This document shows positions 25,266 to 38,280 of a DNA stretch of 64,000 bases, one piece after another (positions within the stretch are counted from its first letter, which is position 1; each line of letters opens with the position of its first letter). This DNA is from Takakia lepidozioides (Eukaryota; Plantae; Bryophyta): positions 9,610,001-9,674,000 of the forward strand of contig CM060731.1 in NCBI GenBank assembly GCA_030704615.1, written 5' to 3'. The notes below the pieces were generated by a model that worked only from the letters and a program-made list of their open reading frames with translations, was not told the origin of the DNA and made no database searches. Made by a program: the position numbers and the translations under genes.

Positions 25266-28191
25266 GGTGGGAATGAAATGGCCCATCTTACTGAACCTAT
25301 CCACCACCACCATGATTGCATCAAATCCTTTTGACAGCGGCATAGCAGTCATGAAATCCATCGAGACACTTTCCCAAGACCCCTCTGGAATCGGCAAGGG
25401 TTGTAACAGCCCCGCTTGCTTTTTGTACTCACTCTAGTTTTATTGGTATGTGGTGCATGTCTTGACATACTCCTTGGCCTCCTCCCTCAGTTTGGGCCAG
25501 AAATACTTTTTTTGCAAGAGTGCCGCGGTGCGCTTGGCTCCGCCGTGGCCCGCAAGCGGGCCATCGTGGCATTCTCTCAGGAGACTATCTCTGATCCCTC
25601 CCTTCGGCACGTAGAGGCACTTTTGCTTGTACCGGAGCAGTCCATTATGCAAGTGAAACTGCGATTTAAACCCCATCCTCAAGTCCCGCATCACGGACTT
25701 CGTCATCTCATCCTTCCGGTAAGCCTTCCGGATCTTCTTTTGGAGCACCGCCTCGCCCCTGTACACCAACATGAGCTGTTGTTTTCTACTTAAAGCATCG
25801 GCCACCACATTGTCTCGTCCCGGTTTGTACTAGATATCCATGTCGAACACCGCCAAAGTGTCTTGCTACCTAAGTTATTTTGGGGACAACTTAGGCTGCG
25901 TGGCAAAATACTTCACCGTGACATTGTTCGTGAACACCTTCACTGGGTTGGAACCAACATAGTGGCGCAGCTCAAGGCAATGCATCACCGCCTTCATTTC
26001 TTTCTCGTGCGTAGGCCACCGTCGCTCCACTTCATACAGTTTCTTACTTTCGTAAGCCACTGGAGTCCATCCTGCATGAGTACACCCCCAATTGCGAGTC
26101 CGACGCATCTGTATGAATCTCCAATGGATGGTCGAACTCCGGGATTTTCAGGAGTGGAGCTTCCGCCATCCGCTGCTTCAACTCGACAAAAGCTTGGCCA
26201 TTAAAGGTGTTCCATACCCATACCTTGGACTTACACAAAAGGTCTGACAGCGGCCCCGCAATCTTGGCAAAATTTCTCACATACTTTCGGTAATAGGAGG
26301 CGAGTCCTAGGAAGGATCGCACTCCCGGGACCGAAGTCGGAGGCTCCCAGTCCAATATTGCCCTCACCTTTCTGTCATCCATTTTGATCCCATCCTGTGT
26401 AATCACATGCCCTAGGAACTCCACTTTTGTGACCCCGAATTCGCACTTTGAAGCTTTGGCATACAACTTCCCTTCCCGCAATTTCTAGAACACCCTTTTG
26501 AGATGCTCCAAGTGCTCTTCCTTCGTTTTCGAGTACATCAAGATGTCATCAATGTACACGATCACAAAGTCATCCAACCACTCCTGGAAAAGGCTAGTCA
26601 TTAGCGTGCTAAAGGTTGCGGGTACATTGGTGAGCCCAAAAGGCATTACCAAGAACTCATATGAACCATATCTTGTCCTGCACGCGGTCTTCTCCTCATC
26701 TCCTTCTGCCACTCGTATTTTATGGTAGCCGAAGCGCAAATTGATCCGGCTGAAATACTTCGCTCCTGCCAACCGATCGAAGAGGTCGTTGATCCTTGGC
26801 AAAGGGTACCGGTTTTTGATAGTCACCTTATTCAAAGCCCTGTAATCGACACACATTCGCAGCGTCCCATCCTTTTTGTCTGCGAATAGCACCGGGGCTC
26901 CGTAAGGTGACTTATTCGGCCGGATGTACCCCTTTCACATTAGATCTTTGAGCTGAGCCTTTAGCTCGACCAACTCTCTGTGGCTCAACCGGTAGGGCGC
27001 CTTGGCAGGCGGCTTTGATCCTGGTATCACCTTTATCTTGTGGTCTACTCCTCTTCGCGGTGGTAAGCCGCTTGGTAAATCCTCCGGCATCTCATCTTGG
27101 TATTTCTCCAAGATCCCCTTGGTCCAATCTGGGCTCGCCTCCCTATCGCCTTCTCTTTCCTCTTGTCTTACGTAAAGCAAAAACTGGGGCTCGTGTGGCT
27201 CCTCCACGACCTACTCCTTTGCTGTCAGCAGGTTTATTTGCCCTCCCACTCGGTTGGACGTTTTCGACACTCGTAAAACTTCGCCACCATCCCCACACGG
27301 TAGCGTGACTATTCTCTTGCGGCCATCTATGACCGCTCTGGATTTGCTCAAAAAGGTCATCCCCAAAATGAGATCCACTCCATCGATCTCGCAAATGGTG
27401 AAGTTCTCACATCCCTCCCAACTCCCAAGCTGAAGAGGAACATCGAACGCCAACCTCGTTGCCAATTGTGGTTCTCCTTTGGCCGAACGCATTTCAATGG
27501 AGGCCCCCACATTACTTGTCGGGAGCCCCAGCTTCCGTGCCGTTGCCGGTGTCATGAAGTGCGACGCTCCTGTGTCCACCAACAACGACACGTTAGTTCA
27601 GGAAATTATCCCACTCACGAACATTAACTGACGCCCTTTACGCAAGGGGCCAGTCTCCTGGTACAACTCACAAGAGTAGTTGTCTACCTTGCAAGTCTTG
27701 GCGACCACCGCTTCCACCAAGCGGCTGATGGAATCTTCGGACAGCTCCGTGGTTGCCCGAGTCATGTTTAATTGTCGGGGTTTCACGCACTTCTAAGCCA
27801 TGTGCCCGGGCTCCCCGCAATTAAAGCACACTCCATCGAAGGTCGCCTTCTGTCCGCCACAAACCGCCGCACCTGATTTTCCTTTTGGAGCACCGGGTGC
27901 CGCCTTGACGTGTGAAGGCCCTCCCCTCGATTTCCATGTGTCATTGTTGCTACATGGCCTATCCCACTTCTTTTCCGGTCAGAAGGAGTCACCCTCCCGC
28001 CGGGTCTTCTTGTGGTTCAGCTCTGTACGGCCTTGTCTTTCGCACCTAGGGACATCCGATAAACATTTAGCCCTTTCAATTGCCTCGTTCAAAGTCTTAG
28101 GTGGCTTCTCCTCCAACTTCCACCTGGCCCATGGGGCCAGTCCCGCCACAAAGTTGAAGACCATTTCTGGTTCTGCCATATTTTCCAACAT
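25266..28191 (-). mobile_element. Gypsy element B internal fragment: gag end, protease, RT, RNase H, integrase start (degenerate)
   Basis: CFNCGEPGHMA*KC; LLVDTGASH; [23 protein letters not shown]; TDAS; ADALSR; ECHD..GH; [11 protein letters not shown]. Confidence 0.93.
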
Positions 28192-30610
28192 ATGATGAAT
28201 GATATCTTTCGAGAATTTTAAGATGAATTTGGAGTCATCTATTTGGATGACATTTTGATATTTTCACATAATGAAGAAGAACATGGCCGCCATGTACGCC
28301 TGGTCCTTGATAAATTAAGAGAAAGAGGACTATATGCCAAGTTGGAAAAATATATTTTCCTTCAATCTGAGGTCGAATTTCTGGGCTACATTATTTCCGA
28401 CAAAGACGTCTTTATGGATCAGAAGAAAATACAAACCATCATCGAGTGGATTAAACCAACTTCGGTCCGAGATGTACAATGTTTTCTGGGATTTGCAAAT
28501 TTTTATAGAATCTTCATCAATGACTACTCCAAAATTGCTGCACCATTGACACGACTAACAGGGAAGGACAAATTTGTATGGGACGAGAAGGCTGATTAGG
28601 CATTTGAAAGGCTGAAGCAGGCATTTACAACGGCCCCAATACTGGTACATGCAGACCCATCTAAATCATTCTTTTTGGAAGCAGATGCATCGGACTTTGC
28701 ACTTGGCGCTATACTTTCTCAATACGGTACGGATGACCGACTTCATCCTGTTGGTTTTCGTTCTCGCAAATTTTCCGCTGCAGAGATCAATTATGAAATC
28801 CATGACAAATAACTTATAAGGATCATCGATGCTTTTGAGGAGTGGCGTCACCTATTGGAGGGAGCTAAACATTAGGTCACTGTCGACACCGATCACAAAA
28901 ACCTCGAATATTTTATGAGTGCTCGTGTTTTGAATCAACGTCAAGCAAGATGGGGTATGTCACTAACAAGGTTTGATTTTGTTATTACCTATCGCCCCGG
29001 ACATCTTCAAGGGAAACCCGATGCTCTTTCTCGACGATTGTATCTTGCGCCGAAAAAAGGGGAGATAGCTTTTGACCAATAGAAATCCATCATCTTGAAA
29101 CCAACAAATCTCCAATTGAATATGCTATCAATGTCCACCTATGACGATGCAGAGATCATAAAAGAGATTCAGGAAGCACTGAAGAGCGACCAATTTGCTA
29201 TGACACTACGAAGTGAACTAAATCGACCTCGAGACAACCCACATGTTACAAACGACTTCGAATTCAAAGATGGCTTACTTTATTTCAAATGACTTCTCTA
29301 TGTACCTCCAGGACCTACACGACTGCAAATTCTTCAAACATGTCATGATCCTCCGACTGCAGGACATTTCGGCTTCAACAAAACAATGGAATTGATATCC
29401 AGGGACTATTGGTGGCCGCAGATGTGGAAACTCGTGAAAGAATTTATAAAATCTTGCGACACGTGTGCTATAACAAAGGGACCACGACATCGACCTTACG
29501 GCCTTCTTCAACCATTACCCATTCCCAATGGTCCATGGTCGTCCGTGTCTATGGACTTTATTACAGACCTTTCAATTTCCAAGACCACCGATTCAATCCT
29601 TGTTATTATAGATCGTTTTACAAAGATGACACATTTCATTCCATGTAATAAGACGGTTACCGGTGAGAAAACTGCAAGACTCTTCCTCAATAATATATAC
29701 CGCATTCAGGGACTCCCGAAGGACATCGTATCTGATCGAAGACCACAGTTCATATCAAATTTTTGGAGGGGATTATTTCACATATTAGATACTAAGATCA
29801 ATCTCTCTACAACTAATCATCCACAAACTGATGGTCAAACCGAATGCATAAACCAGATTTTGGAGCAGTATTTTCACTGTACGATAAATTATCACCAAAA
29901 TAATTGGACGGACCTTCTGTCATTGGCTGAGTTTGCCTACAACAACACTATACTTTCTTCGACCAAACAAACATCATTTTTCTCCAATTATGGTCATCAT
30001 CCTCGAGCAAACCCTTTCCACACGAAGACTGTTGGAAGCCCTGCTGCAGAAAATCTTGCTATTCATCTTGCTATTCATCTTGCTACGATTCACAAGGAGC
30101 TTACATTCCACCTCGTAGAAGCTCAAAAATAATACAATGAGTATGCAGATCAACATCGTCAACTCCAACCCCAGTTCAAGGTCGGAGATCGTGTGTGGCT
30201 TCTTTGATGGGACATACAAACCTCGCGACCATCAAGGAAGTTGGATTATCAACGTCTGGGACTATTCAAAATTATTCGACAAATAAATCCGGTTAGTTTT
30301 CGGCTTGAACTCCCACGAAGTATGCGTATCCATCCAGTTTTTCATGTTTTATTATTGGAGTTGTATCGTCCATCGAATATTCCAGGGAGAGTCTCCATAC
30401 ACCACCTCCATCAATCGAAGTCAATCAGGAAATCGAGTATGAAGTCGACGAAGTCCTAGACTCTCGCATCAGTATAAACGTCTTGAGTATTTCGTATATT
30501 GGAAAGAATACGACATCAGCGAACGATCGTGGGACCCTTCATCCAACCTTGCTAATGCATCTGACAAAGTCCAAGAGTTTCATCAACGATATTCAGCTAA
30601 GCCCCGAGCT
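28180..30610 (+). pseudogene. Gypsy element C pol (RT end, RNase H, integrase, chromodomain): chromovirus, Tcn1-like
   Basis: IFQHMMNDIFREF..YLDDILI; [11 protein letters not shown]; DALSR; AGHFG..YWWP; SMDFITDL; HPQTDGQTE; [23 protein letters not shown] (30435-30605). Confidence 0.93.
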
Positions 30611-31559
30611 ACACGTCACAACGATGATGTCAGCCAAGTTAGTTTCAAGATGAAGACTTCACATTCAGTATATCTGATATACAATAAAGAGGGAGGTTCT
30701 CCAATTTTAAGCAAGTTTAAGATTTTACCGCTCCTCGATGAACTCGACGCTAGAGGAGGGGGTGATGTCACAGACATAGCCCAGAGGAACTTATCAGGGG
30801 TAAATACCAAAAATTACCAAATTATCATGTTATTGAAAGTTACCGTGATCTATCATGATCTACCATGATTTATCATAAATTACCAAGTTACCGGGAGTTT
30901 ACCAAATTACCGAGAGTAACTTGGGAAACTGCTCAGGAAGCTTCCTTTGGAAAAAACTTCTCCATCAAGATACCTCATTTGTTTAAGGAAACTTCTCCAT
31001 CAAGAAACCTTTGTTTAATCTTGGAAACTTCTCCATCAAGAAACCTCCTTTGGGGAAGCCTCTTAGGGAACCTCCTAGTAGCCAGTATATATAGGAGGCA
31101 AGACTGGACACTCTTCAGTCTCGCCAACACAAGTTTAAGCTACTCTTGTTTCCAGTCCCAGTACTCCAGTCCAGTTTTCAGCATTCACTACAAGAGATGA
31201 GCGTTTTAGGACTACGACATTTGCGGAGTCATAAAAACTACACTAGGTACACGACTACAAAACGCTGAAATGCGTTGCAATAATAATTTTATCACTCTGT
31301 AGTAATGGATATCACTACATGACTCCGAAAAGGTAGGGAGCATTGGTCAAACATTGTTGACCACGATGACAGGGATGGCTTATATGACTCGCGTCATGTG
31401 GAGGACTACACGTGGATGAATTTTCCTAGAATCGTATGACTTCATGACTGAATATGGTTTCGCAGCTCTAGTTATACGATTGCATCACTACACGTGTCAT
31501 TTTGAAAGCACATACACGAATGTATTCATCTATTGGGTAAGTTCATTCATATTTGCAGA

Positions 31560-34500
31560 CCTATTTTTGAGCAAATGATGCAGGAATGGGCGAGGATATA
31601 CACAGCATGGAGGTGGTATAGAGGCTTCGGAGACGTATAGCAAGTAATGCGGGAAGGGTGAAGCCGGACCGGGTCATGTTCGTTTGTGTTTGCAATGCGT
31701 GTGCCAGCCTGGTCTGCATCCTGCAAATGTGGACTCTTGGCTCCTGTTAGTACCATGATTTGGCATTCTTTCTGATGTTTACAAGGTTCTTGGGAGAGTC
31801 AGCTTGGTCTTAGCAGGCCGCGTTTCAATCTCTGCCCGCTCAGCTGCACTATGGTGAATGTCTGCTGGAAGCAGATGCAAGTCAGCATAGGGACTAGTGT
31901 GATAAGTAGGGTTGGGTTGTTTGCTGGAACAATTCTAGGCTGTCGTTGTCAGCTGCTAGCAGCAAAGCAAGGATATTGTATGCATGATTTGTGCAGAGGC
32001 ATGGATAGCTGAAGGAGTAGGGGGTGTGGGTTCAGATTCATCCAAGAGGGCCGGATTTCAAGCTCCAGATTACCTATGACTCCCTGTGGAAGGATAGCTA
32101 CAAGAAACCTGCATGGGTAGATGGTCAACTGGAAGTCGCAGCAGCAACAACGACATAACTGATAAAATTGGGCGCTGCTACTCAAGGCACCTTCTTCAAC
32201 ACATTTCACCCTGTTTTTCCCTCTTATCAGATTCGGCCCTAAATTGGTGAACCTATTTCAGTTTGTTTTGCCCTCTCATCATTAGGGTTGGGGTGTTTAC
32301 TGGAAGAGGGCCGGATTTCAAGCACAAGTATACCTATGATTCCCTGTGGATCCATTGCTACAAGAAAGCTGCATGGGTAGATGGTGAACTGGAAGCCGCA
32401 CCAACATTGTCGAACACTCCCTTCATACATGTCCACAAGGCTATTGTTCAGAATGACATGTGGTACAATTGCAGCTCTAACAATGTCGCCATGGACCTCT
32501 TTACCCTTCTCCAGAGCTGTCAGGCTACACATGCATTGCAAACTATCAAAGGTTCACTCAACCAGTAACTTACAGAAATTCAACATGAAAATATAGGGCC
32601 GATTTTGATAAGAGGGAAAAACAGGGTGAAATGTGTCGAAGAAGGTTGCCTTCATTAGCAGTGCCTAATTTTATCAATTGTGCCGCTATGGCTGAACAAG
32701 ATGTGGGTGTCGTGGAGTGCGATGATTGCAGGATATGCACAGCAAGGGCGTGGGATGGAGGCTTTTGAGAACTATGAGCAAATGATGTGCGAAGGGTGAA
32801 GTCCAACCACATCACATTTGTTTGTGTTTGCAATGCATGTGCAAGCCTGAGAGCTCTAGGAAAGGGGAAAGAGGTCCATGGTGACATCGTCAAAGCTGGA
32901 ATTGTACCAGATGTCATCCTAAACTGACATGTTTGCCAATGTGGGTGCATTCAGGATGCAAAGGGAGTATTCCACACTCTGGCTGAACGAGATGTGGTGT
33001 CGTGGAACGCGATGCTTGCAGGGTATGCACAACAGGGGCACAGGATGGAGGCTTTGGAGACCTATGAGCAGATGATGTGGGAAGGGTGAAGCCCGACCAC
33101 ATCAGGTTTGTGTGCGTTTGCAGTGCGTGTGCAATTCTGGCAGCCCTGGAAAAGGGCAAGAGGTGCATGGTTGCATTGCCAAAGCTGGAATTGTACCAGA
33201 TGTGATTCCCTGTGGATCAATAGCTACAAGAAACCTGCATGGGTAGATGGTCAACTAAAGGCTACAGCTGCAGCGGCACAGTTGATAAAACTAGGCACCT
33301 CAACCATGACCACAACTTCTGAAAGAGGATTGTCCCATTCTCCTTCTGGTTCTGCAACTATTCTTTGCTTCAACGTTTCGATTATATGTCCCACTAGCTG
33401 GTTGCATTGCAGGCAATGTAGATCCCAGTGCTCTCGTATGCCAAATTGTGCACATGTGAGTTTCGTGGGTATTTGGTTTGGGTTGATATTTCCCTCCCGT
33501 ATCGTAGTTCCTGACTTGGGTGATAGGAGTTCCTCCACATCTTCACATTTTTTTGTCACGGAATGCAGCAATTGCAATCGTAGCTCAGTCATAATTGCTA
33601 CACCCCATACACTCTTCTTTTCATTTTGGGTGCTGCTTACACTTGACGTTTCATGGGCTTGTTCTTCAGTGCTCGGCGAGCATTTTCCTCCTCCGCTGTT
33701 TCCAGTCGCATCACTGCTAACAGGGTATGGTCTTAACTCTTTACCTGTGTGATCTGCTCTCATGTAATCAGCCTCTTCACAGACCACCTGGTGTTCATGC
33801 TCACTTCCAGGTAAGTCTTCTTCCTTACCCTTGTTACCTCCCTTGTTTTCCTTCTTTTCAGGCAGACTTTGCCCATCAATTTTTACCAAGTTCTGCCCTT
33901 GTCTCTCAGCCCCGTCATTTGCTCGTGTTTGTATAACCCCAACCAAAGGCAACCTTTCACTGGCCTGATTGTTAGCAGCAGCTGATTGTGGTCTTCTTGG
34001 TAGGGTTTCCCACAAGCTCCCCTCTCTTTCAGGCAGCCAGTTCTTAATCCTGCCTCTCCACTTTTCACAAGTGAAGTGCCTATTCTCTCTTTCTTCATAC
34101 TCCAGCCACTCAGGTAACATTTTCTCCATTGGCTTGCTGTTTCCACACTTCCAGGCCTTGTTTATTTTTCTCCAGCCATTGCCCTCATGCTAGACAAGGT
34201 CCACAATGCCTCTTCTGGCTGCACTTCTGGGCATGTGAAGATGCTTTGCGGTAGGCAGACTGACAGAGGCTCTACAGACTTTAAACCAAAGAGGCATTTT
34301 AGCAGATTCAGGTACGTATGTCTGTCTCTTGCTTAAGTGCATCAAGATGGAAGGTCTGGAAGCTGGAAAGCTGGTGCACACTCACATTATCCAAAGTGGA
34401 TTCACGCCAATGTTTTTCTACTCGACACCTTTGTCTCCATGTATGTTAAGTGCGGGAGCATCATGGATGCTCAACAAGTGTTTGTTTGTGTTTGCAATGC

Positions 34501-35321
34501 ATGTGCACGCATGGGAGCTCTGGAAAAGGGGAAAGAGGTCCATGGTGACATCGTCAAAGCTGGAACTGTACAAGATGTCATTCTGAACACTGCCCTGGTG
34601 GACATGTATGCCAAATGTGGATGCATTAAGGATGCGAAGGGAGTTTCCAACACTATGGCTGAACATTTTGTGGTGTCGCGATGCTTGCAGGGTATGCACA
34701 GCAAGGACATGGTATGGAGGCTTTGGAGACCTATGATCGAATGATGGGGGAAGGGGTGAAGCCATCCCATTTGTGTGCATTTGCAAGCCTGGCAGCCCTG
34801 GAAAAGGGCAAAGAGGACCATGGTGACATTTTCAGAGCTGGATTGCACCCGATGTCATTCTGAACAATACCCTGGTGGATATGTATGCAAAATGTGGGTG
34901 CATCGAGGATGCAAAGGGAGTGTTTGACAGTATGGCTGAACAAGATATGGTGTCATGTAATGCCATGCTTGCAAGAGATGCACAGCAGGGGCGCGGGATG
35001 GAGGCCTTGGAGACCTATGAGCAAATGATGGGGGAAGGGGTGAAGTGTAACAAGATCACATTTGTGTGTATTTGCAATGCTTGTGCAAGCCTGGCAGCCC
35101 TGGAAAATGGCAAAGAGATCCATGGTGACATCATTAAATCTGGAATTACACCTGATGTCATTCTGAACACTGCCCTGGTGGACATGTATGCCAAATGTGG
35201 GTGCATTGAGGATGCAAAAGGAGTGTTTGACAGTATGGCTGAACGACATGTGGTGTTGTGGAGTGTGATGATTGTAGGATATGCACAGCAAGGGCGCGGG
35301 ATGGTGGCTTTGGAGACCTAG
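31560..35321 (+). pseudogene. PLS-class PPR fragments inside the Pack-CACTA (mostly +; one inverted piece at about 32400-32540)
   Basis: For example ORF 34875-35321 [26 protein letters not shown]...GITPDVILNTALVDMYAKCG; same family as 16615-20950. Confidence 0.92.
33331..34196 (-). other. ~865-bp unrelated insert with an uninterrupted ~290-codon reading frame of unknown origin
   Basis: Interrupts the module GAAAGAGGAT|...|GTCCACAATGCC, whose halves are ~12 bp apart at about 18845-18870; ORF 33251-34129. Confidence 0.6.
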
Positions 35322-36022
35322 GGGCAAATGTCGTGGAGAAGTTGTGGAATGAATACTTTTCTAACCCAGTCAATGGTGGGACAATCGAGGCAAGAAGGTG
35401 AACGCCTGTTGGATTCTAGAGAGTAGCAGATGCAATTGAGGATAGGAACTAGTGTGATAAGTAGGGTTGGGGTGTTTGCTGGAACAATTCTAGGTTGTTA
35501 TGGTCAGCTGCTAGCAGCAAGGCGAGGATGTATGCATGATTTGTGCAGAGGCATGGATAGCTGAAGGAGCAGAGATAGAGTGTGGGTCCAGATTCATCCA
35601 AGAGGGCTGAATTTCATGCTCTAGTTAAACAATTTTCATCCCCACACCTCCACTCATCAGATAGAAGCTCCGGACCATTTAACATAAAAGAATAAGAACA
35701 GAGAAGGATAGCTACAAGAAACCTGCATGGACAGATGATCAACTAGAAACTGTAGCAGCAGCGACACAATTGATCAAATCAGGCACTGTTAATCAAGGCA
35801 CCTTCTTCAACACATTTCACCTTGTTTTTCCCTCTTATCAGAATCGACCCTCAATTTTCATGTTGAATTTTGCAAGTTAACTGGTTGAGTGAACCTTTGA
35901 TAGTTTGGAGTGACTTTGATATGAAACTGCCAATGTGACAACATGAAAGTATCCAGAAACAGGTAACAGAGACGAGGAGAAGTTGTGGAACAATCATGAA
36001 ACAATGGTGGGAAAATCGAGGT

Positions 36023-36163
36023 TTTAAGCTGATGAGCACGACCCCTGCAAGGATGTCTCTCCATCTCGTGAAAAATCTTTGGGTGTGTGGTGACTGCCAC
36101 ACTGCCACCAAGTTCGTTTCGAAGTTATTGGCCAAATGCAGTTGTAAGGAGTATTGCACTTGA
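36023..36163 (+). pseudogene. DYW cytidine-deaminase domain fragment with internal deletion
   Basis: FKLMSTTPARMSLHLVKNLWVCGDCHTATKFVSKLLAKCSCKEYCT*, compared with canonical FGLISTP..IxKNLRVCxDCH..KFxSK...GxCSCxDYW; too short for the ORF track. Confidence 0.88.
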
Positions 36164-37109
36164 TAGTTGTAAGTAGAGTCCGTCATTCTAGTAGTACCAG
36201 AACTGTAGTAGTACTTAAAAACTTTTGCCCTTGTGTCGGTTTGCTTAATTTTTGCTCCACATTAGACTTTGAGGCATCCGTGGGGATGCTTGTCCAACTT
36301 GGAATTTTGTAATATGATTTACAGTACTTCCTACGAGCCCCTTTGGCCTTCCATTCTATTTTCCCAAAAACATAATGAAGAATTTAAATCAATTAATAAT
36401 CTAAATTTTATGATTATGTAATTTGATTTATTAAAATTAAAAATATTATTAAAAAATGTTTCAAAAATGATGTATCAAATCCGCAGTGGCGCACGTGTCC
36501 ATCCAGCGCCTCTCCATGTAGGCATCGCTTTGCAGACATATAGTCAGATAATCCCCTCACAAATGCGTGATGTGTCGCTTGCGTAGTGGTGCACGTGTTC
36601 CACTGAAGCCTCTCCATGTAGGCAATGCTCAGCAGATAATGTAGTCATATAGTTAGTCATATGTAAGTCATAGAGTTGTGACTACATCACTCTCCTCTGC
36701 ATGACTCCAGGTGCCACGCATGCAGTCACGGCTATGACTTGCAAACGCAGTCCTAAAGACTAATCGCTATCACGCCGTTTTTTTCACTTCAGAGTCCTGT
36801 AGTCATGAACGCATATAGGACTGAAAAAATAGTCATATTTGCAGTCATAAAAACGCTAATCTGTTGTAGTGATTCCAGTATCCAAGTCAAGTTCCAGTAT
36901 CTTGTACTCTTGTACATTGTTACAAAGATCATCTTGATTCATGTATACCCATCATGCATTCGGCCATGCCGACCTTGACTTCTTGTCTAGTCTTGTACTT
37001 CTAGTCTGATCTCTTGTTTGTGTTCAATCATGCTCTCGTCCTTGACAACAAATGGTGAACAAACATGTAAAACTTGCACTCGCTCTATACTTAGTACGGG
37101 TTAGTAGGG

Positions 37110-38280
37110 TACAAAATGGAAAATTAGATACATTGAAGAGATTTGGATAACATAATGGTTATGATTATGGTATGGATAGTTGATTCCCATTTGCAAAGGG
37201 GTAAGGGTTCTGGGGTATTGGGTTAAGGGTAAAGGTTTAGGGTCTTATAGTAAGGGTTTAGGGTAGAGGTTTAGGATTTTTGTTTAAGGTACAAAATAGA
37301 CAAACACTTGTATCACCCCGCTAATATTCTGCAACAAAGATGAACCGAGAATTCTGATCATGTCCCCTGATAGGGTATGGAAGACTCCAGTCGCTACAAT
37401 GTGTTGTTAGTAGCGTAGTAAACAAAATAAAAATGAAGAACCAAATATTATGGAAGTGTAGTCATTGCATCGGACAAGTATTTAAATGAAAGACTCATCC
37501 TTGGAACCTGGTATTAAGATACATAGAAAGCAAAGTTCGATAAAAAAATTAAGTGCATGTCAATCCAAACCAAAGGAAAAACCTAGCGCAAAGTGAAGGG
37601 CAAAGACATTTGAATAACCATGGTATGGATACTTCATTCTCATTTGCAAGGGAAGGGTAAGGGTTTAGTCTAATAATGAGGTAGGGTTTTGCTTAGGGTT
37701 TCCGACGAGGGTTTAGGGTTTGGGTTGAAGGCACAAATGGTGAATATACATGCCGGAAGACTCGCACTGGCTACAACTTAGTGTTTGTTATGGTACAAAA
37801 TGAAAATTTGGATACATTGAAGAGATTTGGATAACCATAATGGTTATGGTTATGGTATGGATAGTTCATTCCCACTTGCAAAGGAAAGGGTAAGAGTTAT
37901 GGGGTATTGGGTTAAGGGTAAAGGTTTAGGGTAGGGGTTTAGGGTTTTTGCTTAAGGTACAAAATAGACAAACACTTATGGAAGACTCCAGTCGCTAGAA
38001 CTCAGTGTTGTTAGTAGGGTAGTAAGCAAAATAAAAATGAAGAACCAAATATTATGGACAAGTATTTAAATGAAAGACTCGTCCTTGGAACCTGGTATTA
38101 AGATGTAACATAGAAAGCAAACTATAACATGCCTAAGTGCATGTGAATCCAAAACAAAGGAAAAACCTAGCGTAAAAGTGAAGGGAGAAGACATTTCAAT
38201 AACCATAATGGTTATGGTTATGGTTATGGTATGAATAGTTCATGGGCCATTTGCAAAAAATGGTAAGGGTTTAGAGGTAA
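37110..38280 (+). repeat. Imperfect tandem duplication (~680-bp unit) rich in GGTTTAGGG and GGTTAT motifs
   Basis: TACAAAATG..GATACATTGAAGAGATTTGGATAAC at about 37110 and 37794; CCTTGGAACCTGGTATTAAGAT at about 37499 and 38083. Confidence 0.85.

Larger units (their letters stand above)
31186..36871. mobile_element. Complete non-autonomous CACTA element carrying gene fragments (Pack-CACTA)
   Basis: Left TIR CACTACAAGAGATGAGCGTTTT and reverse-complemented right TIR CACTACAACAGATTAGCGTTTT match at 20/22. 3-bp TSD ATT at 31183-85 and 36872-74. ATGACT/GACTAC subterminal repeats at both ends; no transposase seen. Confidence 0.95.
30766..37047 (+). repeat. 3' LTR of element C (~0.6 kb: 30766-31185 + 36875-37047), split by the CACTA insertion
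   Basis: PPT AGAGGAGGGGGTGA then TGTCA...TGACA; TATATATA near 31087; three AAACTTCTCCATCAAGA repeats; CCAGT-rich sequence continues across the insertion. Confidence 0.85.

Noticed and set aside
33331-34196. Insert as a solo LTR (TGTC...GACA ends)
   Set aside because: Flanks AGGAT and AGGTC are not a clean TSD, and the segment is one open frame.
34875-35321. PPR ORFs as functional genes
   Set aside because: Short, frameshifted, out of order and inside a transposon; no intact N-terminus-to-DYW frame.
37200-37950. True telomere array
   Set aside because: TTTAGGG units are isolated or degenerate and never form a continuous tract.
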